DNA of 61,046 bases, counting the filler. It is 3 parts of 3 records of this genome, joined end to end, with 100 filler letters (N's around TTAATTAATTAA, not from the genome) between each part and the next. Parts side by side here need not be neighbours in the genome. Positions count along the whole stretch, not along the records: positions 1 to 31,628 come from DRR723986_9335; 2 more parts are not named here. The stretch is one strand, 5' to 3'. The notes beneath the pieces are model-generated. The model ran no database searches. It had not been told where the DNA came from and worked only from the letters and a program-made list of their open reading frames with translations. The translations under genes and the position numbers were made by a program. Below, one piece after another: positions 10,462 to 21,900 of this stretch (its first letter is position 1; the number at the start of each line of letters is the position of its first letter).

Positions 10462-12820
10462 TTATTTAAAGGTAAAACCAGCCGAAAACTTTAAGGCAAA
10501 ATTGTCATTTGATTTTTCGAATCTATGAAATCCATATCTATAAAAACCTCCAATACCAATACCCATATAACCAATATTCATCCAAGGTAGTTTTAATAAG
10601 TTTTGCAATTCTAAGCCTGTTTCTAGAAAGAGCTCTTCTTTTATTGAAAATTCAATGAATTGATGATTAGTGGCATTAGATAAATTTCCAATTCCAAAAT
10701 TATTGTGAAATAAAATATCTGGTTGAATCTTTCCTTTGTTGTTTATCAACCTTCCAAAATTATGGACAGTAAATAAATTTGCGTATTTATCTGATAGAAA
10801 TTCATAGGGTGCTGCAGTTTGGAAGTAATTTCTATTCACAAAGGGAAATTTTTTGTAAAAGGATCCTTCACCCGTAAATAGCAATCCATAAGGTAAAGAC
10901 TTGTCAATATAACCTAAATCCAATCTGTATGTAGTTTTACCTAGACCCTTTGTAACAAAACTATGATCTAATGTCAGTCTGAATTTATTATAATTAAAAT
11001 CACTATCAAAAGCACCTGCAATTCCTCTGGAATATAAAAAGTTAATAACAGGAGAGTCATTTGGTTCTCTCATTTTTAGACCGAACATATTTACAAGCTT
11101 TTCATTAGAATGATAGCTGATGCCAAAATTTAGTTCAGAATTACTGTAATTTATTAAAGCTGTACCATTATTATTGAACTCATAACTGTATTGAGGTGAA
11201 ATTTGAGAAGTATTAAAGCCAATTGACCAATTAATATTTCTAAAAAGTTTCATATCAGAGGTTATGCTAAAAGATTCAATGGCATCCATTTGACTCGCTA
11301 TAACATTTCGCTGTGCAAATGGATTCTTGAGTCTATTACCAGAAAAATTGCCAGTTTCAAGCAAATCATTCTCATATTTTAAGCTCACTGTAAAATCTTT
11401 GTCAGAAGAAAAATCAAATAAAACTTCACCACCATATTTCCAAGTATGATCCTTAAATCCGTATGCTCCATAACCACCAACAGATATGGTTTTAGAAATA
11501 TCATCGTTAGTGTATATTCCTAAGCCTAACCTATTACCTTCATATTTATTATATCTAATAAGTTGAGTTAGACCTATATCAATAAACTTTAGAGGTATTC
11601 TACCTTTAGCTAAACTCGGTATGAGATTAAGAATTTTATCAGCCTTAACTTTCTCTTCAATACTATCAATAAATTTATAAGTACGCTTTTCTCTAACATT
11701 CAGGGTGTCCTTTCGATAAATGTCCCAAAATGTTTCTTTTTTTTGAGTGGCATCTTCTGAAATAATATTGGTTGTTATTGCAAAGTCTTTGGTAGTTAAT
11801 TTGGCAAACGGAGTTATATTAGAGAGATAACTCTTACCTACATACGCTATACTTCCTTGACCTGTACCAATAGTTAATTTAAAATTTAGCTGTTCAGGGA
11901 ACCAATGCTTTTCATTTACTAAGATATATTTTTGTTGAATTGTGAAATCGGCTTTACCAGAATTCACCGTTGATGCGTCTACACTCTGTACTGCATATTT
12001 ATTTGAGTTTATTGTTATGACTCCTTTAAGAGCTTCAAAATTTCTATTGGACTTAGGTTGAAATGTAATAACAAACAATGTATCCTTGTCGGTTATTAAT
12101 TCTTCCTTTAACCTAAACTTATATTTTTTAGTACTTCCCTTAGATATAGGATTTAGGTAGTTTGTTTCAAATAGCTCAATATGGTCATCATAGAATGAAA
12201 AAGGTTGAAAACTATTTGCTAACAAGGCAAAATTTGGTTGTTTAAAACCTGAAGATTTCGTCGCAATTATACTGTCTTGAGTTAATCTAGGTTTTAAATA
12301 TTTGTGCTTTGCAATTGTTTCTGTAATAAAAAAATATGAACCTTTTAAGGATTTTTCAGCGTTGACTATTACTGTATCCTCTTTTTTACCAGATGTGACA
12401 ATTATTTTATCGTACGAGATATAACTGTAATATTTCTAGTCTTTTAGGGTTATTTATTTTTTTATTTGCAACTGCCAACTTAATAATACGATGGGCTGGG
12501 TTTTCACCATTAATTACCACTTCGTCAAGTTCATTGACTTTTTGTTGTAGAAAAATTACTTGTGAGGTTAACTCTTCAATATTAATAGTTTTTGTGTCAT
12601 AACCAACATAGCTAATTGTGATAGATTTCACCTGAGGCGGAACAAAAAAGACTCCATCGATATCAATAGATGTTCCTTTAAAGGTTTCTTCATCAAAAAT
12701 AATATTCGCAAAGGGAATTGTCTTTTGAGTGCCTTTGTCGACTAGTATAAGCTTTTTAAGATTTTGTGATGTTGCGCTAAAGGACAGAAATACTAGTGCA
12801 AGTAAAAGAAGTTGTTTCAT
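10462..12820 (-). pseudogene. DUF5686-type outer-membrane protein with N-terminal carboxypeptidase-regulatory-like domain, split by one +1 frameshift near 12433-12435
   Basis: ORF 12407-12820 has a signal peptide and IPFANI/ISYVGY/ELDEVVI/ENPAHRII motifs. The other frame is open from about 12435 (KYYSYISYDKIIV...FITET...SGFKQP) into the 587-aa ORF ending in a barrel-type FTFK terminus. Removing one base gives about 785 aa. Confidence 0.75.
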
Positions 12821-12896
12821 TATAGTTTAGTTAGTGCACTACTAATTAACGCAGAATATTCAAAACTATTCAATTTTTAGACCAATTTTCATTGCT

Positions 12897-12904
12897 TATC
12901 TTTG
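12897..12904 (+). promoter_or_regulatory. Bacteroidota -7 promoter element for maeB
   Basis: TATCTTTG, 21 nt upstream of ATG 12926. Confidence 0.65.
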
Positions 12905-12925
12905 CCTTTTAATCCATTCAAGGCT

Positions 12926-15208
12926 ATGAGCAAACAAAGTAAACGAATTGAAGCATTAGTTTATCATGCAAAACCAACTCCAGGCAAAATAAAAGTAGTA
13001 CCCACAAAAAAATACGCTTCTCAGCGTGATCTGTCTTTGGCCTATTCACCAGGTGTAGCAGAACCTTGTTTAGAGATTGAAAAACAAGTTGACAATGTTT
13101 ACAAGTATACCGCCAAAGGAAATTTAGTTGCTGTTATTTCTAATGGAACAGCAGTTTTAGGATTAGGAAATATTGGTCCTGAGGCATCTAAACCTGTAAT
13201 GGAGGGAAAAGGATTATTATTCAAAATATTTGCAGATATAGACGTGTTTGATATTGAGGTTGATACTGAAGATGTAGATACTTTTATAGAAACAGTGAAA
13301 AATATAGCGCCTACTTTTGGTGGTATTAATCTAGAAGATATTAAAGCACCGGAAGCTTTTGAAATAGAACGTCGTCTAAAAGATGAATTAGATATTCCGG
13401 TAATGCATGACGATCAGCATGGTACGGCAATTATATCTGCAGCAGCATTATTAAATGCTTTAGAACTCGCTAAAAAAAGTATTGAAGATGTTAAGATTGT
13501 TGTTAGTGGTGCGGGTGCCGCCGCAGTCTCTTGTACAAGATTATATAAAGCCTTTGGTGCAAAAAGCGAGAACATTGTAATGCTAGATAGCAAAGGAGTT
13601 ATTAGGAGAAACCGAGAAAATTTAACATCTCAAAAGGCAGAATTTGCTACTGATAGGGCTATTGAAACCCTAGATGAAGCAATGATTAATGCCGATGTTT
13701 TTATTGGTTTATCTATGGCAGATATTGTGACTCCAGCAATGCTAAAATCTATGGCACAAGATCCTGTAGTTTTTGCTATGGCAAACCCTAATCCTGAGAT
13801 TGATTATAAATTAGCTGTAGACACTAGAGATGATATTATTATGGCTACAGGTCGTAGTGATCATCCTAATCAAGTTAATAATGTACTTGGTTTCCCATTT
13901 ATTTTTAGAGGTGCCTTAGATGTGAGAGCTACAAAAATTAATGAAGCCATGAAAATGGCCGCGGTTAAGGCATTGTCGCAATTAGCTAAAGAACCTGTGC
14001 CAGAACAAGTAAACATTGCTTACGGTGAGACACGTTTAACATTTGGAAGAGATTATATAATACCAAAGCCATTTGATCCTAGGCTTATTGCCGAAGTGCC
14101 ACCAGCAGTAGCCAAAGCAGCTATAGAAAGCGGTGTTGCTAAAGAACCAATAGAAGATTGGGGAAAGTATAAAGATACATTATTGGAACGTTTAGGATCT
14201 GACAACAAACTTGTAAGGTTGTTGTTAGGAAGAGCACGTACCAATCCAAAACGTGTAGTGTTTGCAGAAGCCGATCAGTTAGATGTTCTTAAAGCAGCTC
14301 AAATAGTTTATGAAGAAGGCCTTGCACACCCTATACTATTAGGCAGAAAGGATACCATTTTAAAATTAATGGAAGAAATTGATTTTGACGCAAATGTACC
14401 AATAATCGATCCTAAGTCTGACGAAGAATTAGAGCGTAAAAATAAATATGCAAAGGCCTATTGGCAAAAACATAAACGCCAGGGAGTAACTGTGTATTCT
14501 GCCGAACAGAAAATGCGCGAACGTAACTTTTTTGCTGCAATGATGGTGAACGAAGGAGATGCTGATGCGCTAGTTACAGGATATTCCAGAAGTTACCCTA
14601 CTGTTGTTAAACCAATGCTAGAATTAATTGGTATGGCAGATGGTGTCTCTAGAGTAGCAACTACCAATGTTATGATGACACAACGTGGTCCTATGTTTTT
14701 AAGTGATACATCTATTAACATTGATCCGACTGCAAAAGACCTTGCCAGAATTGCAAGAATGACATCTAACGTAACAAAGATGTTTGGGATAGAGCCGGTA
14801 ACAGCAATGATTTCTTACTCAAATTTCGGATCTTCTGAAAATCCTAGAGCCGAAAAAGTAAAAGAAGCGGTAGCTTATTTACACAAAGTATATCCAGATA
14901 TGATTGTAGATGGAGAATTACAAACAGACTTTGCGTTAAATGCAAAAATGCTTCAAGACATTTTTCCATTTTCGAAATTGGCTGGTAGAAAAGTAAATAC
15001 CTTAATTTTCCCAAATCTAGATTCGGCGAATATTACTTATAAATTACTTAAGGAATTAAACAGTGCAGAATCAATAGGGCCAATTATGATGGGTATGCGT
15101 AAACCTGTTCATATACTGCAATTAGATGCTAGTGTAGATGAAATTGTAAATATGACAGCAATCGCAGTTATTGATGCACAAGAGAGAGATAAAAGGCAGC
15201 ATAAATAG
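12926..15208 (+). CDS. maeB: NADP-dependent malic enzyme with phosphotransacetylase-like C-terminal domain
   Basis: LAYSPGVAEPC, PVMEGKGLLFK, HDDQHGTAI, GAGAAA, plus PTA-like C-domain (SYSNFGS, DGELQTD). ATG 12926 preferred to TTG 12902, which lies in the promoter. Confidence 0.95.
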   Translation: MSKQSKRIEALVYHAKPTPGKIKVVPTKKYASQRDLSLAYSPGVAEPCLEIEKQVDNVYKYTAKGNLVAVISNGTAVLGLGNIGPEASKPVMEGKGLLFKIFADIDVFDIEVDTEDVDTFIETVKNIAPTFGGINLEDIKAPEAFEIERRLKDELDIPVMHDDQHGTAIISAAALLNALELAKKSIEDVKIVVSGAGAAAVSCTRLYKAFGAKSENIVMLDSKGVIRRNRENLTSQKAEFATDRAIETLDEAMINADVFIGLSMADIVTPAMLKSMAQDPVVFAMANPNPEIDYKLAVDTRDDIIMATGRSDHPNQVNNVLGFPFIFRGALDVRATKINEAMKMAAVKALSQLAKEPVPEQVNIAYGETRLTFGRDYIIPKPFDPRLIAEVPPAVAKAAIESGVAKEPIEDWGKYKDTLLERLGSDNKLVRLLLGRARTNPKRVVFAEADQLDVLKAAQIVYEEGLAHPILLGRKDTILKLMEEIDFDANVPIIDPKSDEELERKNKYAKAYWQKHKRQGVTVYSAEQKMRERNFFAAMMVNEGDADALVTGYSRSYPTVVKPMLELIGMADGVSRVATTNVMMTQRGPMFLSDTSINIDPTAKDLARIARMTSNVTKMFGIEPVTAMISYSNFGSSENPRAEKVKEAVAYLHKVYPDMIVDGELQTDFALNAKMLQDIFPFSKLAGRKVNTLIFPNLDSANITYKLLKELNSAESIGPIMMGMRKPVHILQLDASVDEIVNMTAIAVIDAQERDKRQHK

Positions 15209-15254
15209 TTATTCCTTACTGGCTATCTTCCCTTTGTAATGTAAATAATTTTAT

Positions 15255-15262
15255 TACATTTG
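15255..15262 (+). promoter_or_regulatory. Bacteroidota -7 promoter element for ruvA-sprA
   Basis: TACATTTG, about 115 nt upstream of the ruvA ATG. Confidence 0.55.
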
Positions 15263-15377
15263 GAACATTAACCTATGAAAAGCGTTTTGTAAGAATAATT
15301 GATTGTTCAGCATAAAATCAATTATTACTGTAATTCCTTTATTTATAACGGTTAATCTAAGTTGATAACTAGATTAT

Positions 15378-15959
15378 ATGATTACACACTTAGAGGGAAA
15401 ACTTGTTGAAAAAAATCCTACAGATGTTGTTATAGATTGCAATGGTGTAGGTTATTTTATTAATATATCTCTTCATACTTTTTCTCAAATCCCAGATAGA
15501 GAGAACTTAAGATTATATACTTATCTTCAAGTTAGGGAAGATTCTCATAGTTTATATGGGTTTTCATCTAAAGTAGAGCGCGAAATATTTAAATTACTTA
15601 TTTCAGTAAGTGGTATTGGAGCAAATACTGCTCGTACTATGCTATCATCATTAAATCCAGACCAAATTAAAGAGGGTATTGCTGGTGGCGATGTTGCATT
15701 AATTCAGAGTGTAAAAGGTATAGGTGCAAAAACAGCGCAACGAGTTATAATAGATCTAAAAGATAAAGTGTTAAAAGTTTATGGCATTGACGAACTTTCT
15801 TTATTACCAAACAATACTAATAAAGATGAAGCGTTATCTGCTTTAGAAGTTTTAGGATTTAACAAAAAACAGTCTGAAAAAGTAGTTGACAGAATTTTAC
15901 AAAATAACCCAGACGCTTTTGTAGAGCAGATTATAAAAGAAGCTCTTAAAAACTTATAA
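15378..15959 (+). CDS. ruvA: Holliday junction branch migration protein RuvA
   Basis: GVGYFI, VREDSHSLYGF, LISVSGIGA, VKGIGAKTAQRVIIDLKDK; TAATG overlap with sprA. Confidence 0.96.
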   Translation: MITHLEGKLVEKNPTDVVIDCNGVGYFINISLHTFSQIPDRENLRLYTYLQVREDSHSLYGFSSKVEREIFKLLISVSGIGANTARTMLSSLNPDQIKEGIAGGDVALIQSVKGIGAKTAQRVIIDLKDKVLKVYGIDELSLLPNNTNKDEALSALEVLGFNKKQSEKVVDRILQNNPDAFVEQIIKEALKNL

Positions 15960-18900
15960 TGCAATTGAATAAAACTAGCTATAATCAAATCAACTCATTA
16001 GGTTTTCCGTTCATATTGGCACTTATGATGCTAGTAGGTCTAACCGCTAATTCTCAAGAGACTGAGCAAGAACAAGACTCTACAAAAACTACGTTTGCTT
16101 TCGGTAAAATAGTGATGCCAAATCCAAATAGCATTGTTTCAAAATACACATACGACCCTATATTAGATAGGTATATCTACACTGAAAAAATAGGTAATTT
16201 CAATACCAATTATCCTTTGATTTTAACTCCAGAAGAATTTAGGCGACTTGTGCTTCAGGAAAAATTAAAGGAATATTATAAGAAAATGGCTGATGCCGCG
16301 GCAGGTCAAAAGGAAGGTGTTGAAGAAGATCAAAAGAATTTATTACCCGAATTTTACGTCAATTCTGGATTGTTTGAAACTATTTTTGGCGGAAATACTA
16401 TAAATGTAATACCCCAAGGTTCGGTAGAAGTAGATTTAGGTGTTTTGTTTTCCAAGCAAGATAATCCATCATTTTCTCCAAGAAATAGAACTAATTTTAC
16501 TTTTGATTTTGATCAAAGAATCAGTTTGAGTTTATTGGGTAAAGTAGGTACCAGACTGCAGGTAACTGCTAATTATGATACAGAATCTACTTTTGACTTT
16601 CAGAATTTAGTCAAATTAGAGTACACACCAACGGAAGATGATATTGTACGAAAAATTGAAGTTGGTAATGTTAATATGCCCTTAAATAGTTCTTTAATTA
16701 CAGGAGCTCAGAGTTTATTCGGTGTAAAAACCGAATTGCAATTTGGTAAAACTAGAGTGACCGCTGTTTTTTCTGAACAGCAATCACAGTCTAGGTCTGT
16801 TGTAGCTCAAGGTGGTGGTACACTTGAAGAGTTTGAGTTTTTTGCAAGAGATTATGACGAAAACAGACACTTTTTCTTAGCACAGTATTTTAGAGATAAC
16901 TATGATGAAGCCCTATTACAATATCCATTTATTGATAATGGTGGTTTACAAATTACTAGAGTTGAAGTTTGGGTAACTAATAGAAATAATCAAACAGATA
17001 ATGTCCGTAATGTAATAGCATTTCAGGATTTAGGAGAATCCGAAATTGATAATATAGGTTTAGATCCTCTACCTCCTGGTTTTGTGAATTCTCCTGGATC
17101 TAGACCGAGAAATGAAAATAATGATTTCGACCCAACAAATATTGGAGGGCCTGGATCATTGTTAACCGATGCTGTAAGGGATGTAACTATAGTTGAAACT
17201 GGTATAAATGTATCAGTAAATGAGGGATTTGATTATGGTAAGCTTGAAGCTGCACGTAAATTACAAGAAGGAAGAGATTATTTTCTTCATTCAGAATTAG
17301 GCTATATATCTCTAAATCAAAGATTGTTAAACGATGAGGTATTAGCAGTTGCATTTCAATATACAATTGGCGGAGAGGTGTTTCAAGTTGGTGAATTTGC
17401 AAATGATGGAGTGAATTCTACATCAACTTTATCAGATGCTGATTTAGATGGTATTCCTGATATTGCAGATGTAGATGTAGATGGTGATGGAACAAATGAC
17501 AATGGTACAGATACAGATGGAGATGGAATTAATGATGAAACTGATGCAGATGTAGATGGAGATGGAGTTATAGATAATGGACAAGATACAAATGCAGATG
17601 GAATTAGTGACAGTTTTGTGTTGTCAACAGGTACACCTCAAAGTTTAATACTCAAAATGTTGAAGAGTGCAGTTACAGCTGTAGACCAACCTATTTGGGA
17701 TCTTATGATGAAAAACATCTATGATACAGGTGCGTTTCAATTAAGTCAAGAAGATTTTAGATTAAATATATTTTACACTGAAGCATCACCAGTAAACTAC
17801 ATAAGACCAGTTGAAGGAACAACCTTCCCACCGTTTGATAATAACACCCCTTTTGCTGCGGATGACACTGAAATAAATGAAACACCTTTAATCAGACTAT
17901 TTCATTTAGACCGATTAAATTTTAATAATGACCCTCAGGAACGAGGAGATGGGTTCTTTGATTATGTTCCGGGTTTAACTGTTTTAACACAAAATGGTAA
18001 AATTATTTTCACTAAAGCTGAGCCATTTGGACGTTATCTTTTTGATGTTTTAGATGATGATGAAAACCCAAATAACAATGATACAGAATACGAACAAGAT
18101 ACATATACCAATCCTAACCAAGAAAAGTATGTATACGACTTGCTCTATAAATCCACAAAGACTCAGGCATTAGATGAGGCCGAAAAGAATAAGTTTCAAA
18201 TTAAAGGGCGTTTTAAAAGTAGTGGTGGTGACGGAATTCCTATCGGTGCATTCAATGTGCCTAGAGGTTCAGTGAGAGTAACTGCTGGTGGTAGATTGCT
18301 TGTTGAGGGTATAGATTATACAGTTAATTATCAGTTAGGTAGAGTTGAAATTTTAGATGAAGCATTGAAAGCATCTAATACACCAATAAATGTATCAGTT
18401 GAGAATAATGCGGTATTTGGTCAGCAAACAAGACGATTTACAGGTATTAACATTGAACATCAATTCAATGAAAACTTTGTTTTAGGTGCCACATTATTAA
18501 ATCTTAATGAACGACCAATTACACAGAAAGCAAATTTTAATTCAGAGCCAATTAATAATACAATTTTTGGTTTCAACGGAAATTACTCTACAGATGTGCC
18601 ATTTTTAACCAGAATGGTTAATAAACTGCCTAATATTGATACAGATGTACCCTCTAACTTATCATTAAGAGGTGAGTTTGCGTATCTACTACCAGGTGCA
18701 CCAAAAGGCACAGATTTTAATGGTGAGGCAACAGCCTATATAGACGATTTTGAAGGAACACAAGGTGCAATTGATTTATTAAGTCCGTTATCATGGTTTT
18801 TATCTAGTAGACCTAAGGAATTACCAAATAACATTCCTGGTAATGACAATCCTAGTATAGAGAATGGTTATGGTAGAGCTTTCTTAAATTGGTATACTGT

Positions 18901-21900
18901 AGATCCTATATTTTATAGTAATCAAAGACCAGACGGAATTACTGATGATGATGTGTCTGACCTCTATACAAGACGCGTATTCATAGAAGAAATTTTTCCA
19001 GAAATAGATATTGTTCAAGGGCAAACTTCAGTTATAAACACTTTAGATTTAGTCTACTATCCTACTGAACGTGGACCATATAATTTTGATCCTAATGCAT
19101 CAGATGATACGCTAAATCCAATGAATAGTTGGGCAGGTATCACCAGACAAATCACATCTACAGATTTTGAACAAGCTAATGTTGAGTACATAGAGTTTTG
19201 GGTTCAAGATCCATTTTTAGATAATACGTCTAATCCAGGTGGTAAATTAACAATTAACTTAGGTAATATATCAGAAGATGTTCTTAAGGACGGTAAGAAG
19301 CAATATGAAAATGGACTTCCTGAAAACGGTGATATTTCAATTTTAAATCCAACAGGATATGGATCTGTTGTACCACAGAATCAGTCATTAATTTATACGT
19401 TTGGAACAACTGGTCAACAAAGAGATAACCAAGATGTTGGTTATGACGGCTATGATGATGTAGAGGAACAAGCAAGATTTCCTAGTCAGTTCCAAAATTT
19501 TGAAGATCCGGCAAAGGACAACTATGTTTATTATTTAAATACAAATGGAGATATTTTTGAGCGTTATAAGAGATATAATGGTCTAGAAGGTAACACACCA
19601 GATGTATTTACAGATACAAACAGAGGGTCTACAACGCAACCAGACGTAGAAGATATCAATAGAGATAACACAATGAATACCATTGACAGTTATTTTGAAT
19701 ATGAAGTTGAAATGACTCCAGCGAGTCTTGATATTAGTAACCCTCAGATAAATGATGTTAAAGTAAGAAACGTAACGTTACCAAATGGTGATGAAAGGGA
19801 GGTAAGGTGGTATCAATTTAGATTACCAATAAACGAACCAACTAATGCTGTCGGTGGTATCACTGATATTAGATCAGTGCGTTTTGCTCGTCTTTATTTA
19901 AAAGAGTTTACGGAGAAAACTGAACTTCGCTTTGCAACATTAGACTTAGTAAGAAGCGATTGGAGACGATATACTCTAGATTTAGATAATGATCCAACAA
20001 ACAATAGTGCAGATACAGAATTTAATGTAGCAATTGTTGGTGTTCAGGAAAATGATGGTAACTATGTTATACCGCCAGGAGTAAGACGAGAAGAGCTTAA
20101 TAATAACAACAATATTATTAGACAAAACGAACAGTCTTTAGTTTTACAAGCATGTGAATTAGAACCTCAGGATTCTAGAGGTGTATTTAAGAATATTAAT
20201 GTTGATATGCGTCAGTATAAAAACTTACGTATGTTTTTGCATGCTGAGGCACAGGAAGGTCAAACATTACAAGAAGGAGAATTAATTGCTTTTATAAGAA
20301 TGGGTAATGATTTTACCCAGAATTTCTATCAAATAGAAGTGCCCTTATTGCCAACTGATTTGGTTGATGGTGGTCTTTCTATAGAAGAACGTATTTGGCC
20401 ATCAGTAAATGAAATTAATATCCCCTTAGAAGCGTTACAACAAATTAAATCAAAAGGAATATTTGATCAATCGTTAGCAAATCTAGATCCTACATTTTAC
20501 GATGTTATTGACGGTACACTTAATGAAACACCAGTTGCCGAGTTTTCACCATTACCAATTGGGCAACAACGAATCGCAATTAAAGGAAATCCAAACTTTG
20601 GAGATATTAGAGTGTTAATGGTCGGTATAAAAAACTCTGGCAATACAGGTATGAATTCTTGTGGTGAGGTTTGGTTTAATGAGCTTAGAATGTCAGATCT
20701 CGATAATGAGGGTGGATGGGCTGCAGTGGTAAGTATGGATACAAACATTGCTGATTTTGCCAATATAAGTATGACCGGACGAAGAAGCACTATTGGATTT
20801 GGTGGATTAGAACAATCGCCAAATGAAAGGAGTAGAGAAGATGTTAAGCAGTATGATGTTGTTACAAATGTGCAGTTAGGTCAATTATTACCAAAGGAAT
20901 GGGGAGTTCAAATTCCATTTAATTATGCACAAAGTGAAGAAATAATTACACCTCAATTTGATGAATTCTATCGAGATATTGAGCTAGAAACACAATTAGA
21001 CAATACTACAGATCAGGATTCAATATTAAAGGTTAATGAAAATTATACAAAACGAAAGAGTATTAATTTTATAGGAGTACGAAAACAGAAAATGGGAGAT
21101 GCTAAAAAGCATTTTTACGATGTAGAAAACCTAACATTTAATTACTCTTATAATAAAGTTGAACATAGAGATTTTGAAATAGAGAAATCTCTAGATCAAA
21201 CAGTAAGAGCAGGTGTTAATTACAATTATGCTTTTGAGCCTGTTAGAGTAGAACCATTTAAAAAGAATGATTCACTATTTAGAGGCAAATACTGGAAGAT
21301 TTTAAAGGATTTTAATTTTAATCTTTTACCCTCAAGTTTTTCTGTTAATACAGATATAAACAGACAGTTTAGTAAACAGAAATTTAGAGAAGTTGAATTG
21401 GGTGGTGACAATATTGGTATTGAAGAACTATTCCGAAGAAATTATACATTCGATTTTCAGTACGCCATTAACTATAACCTTACAGATGCATTAAGTTTAA
21501 ATTTTACAGCTGCCAACACCAATATTGTAAGAAATTATTTTGTAGATGATAGAATTAATGGTAGACAAGATCCAGAGTTAAATGTTTGGGATGGTTTCTT
21601 TGATTTTGGTGATCCAAACTTTCAGACACAACAACTTCAGGTAAATTATGAGTTACCGCTTTACAAAATCCCAGCTCTTAGTTTCTTAAGAGCTACCTAT
21701 GCATATAATGGAACGTTTCAATGGCAAAAAGGATCTGATTTAAACGATGGCTTAGTGTTAGATGGAGTAAGCTATAATCTAGGTCACTCAATACAGAATT
21801 CAAATACACATAATTTGAACTCTACCTTAAATATGGAGACTTTTTATAAAACCATAGGATTGGTGCGGAAAGGAAACCAAAGAGGTCGCGGTAGAACAAC

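Noticed and set aside
7002..15959. Separation of ruvA from ruvB and coupling of ruvA to sprA
   Set aside because: Ordinary arrangement in Flavobacteriaceae as far as I know.
17435..17611. Periodic repeats (here and 2785-2897) as a CRISPR array
   Set aside because: In-frame degenerate coding repeats; no unique spacers, leader or cas genes.
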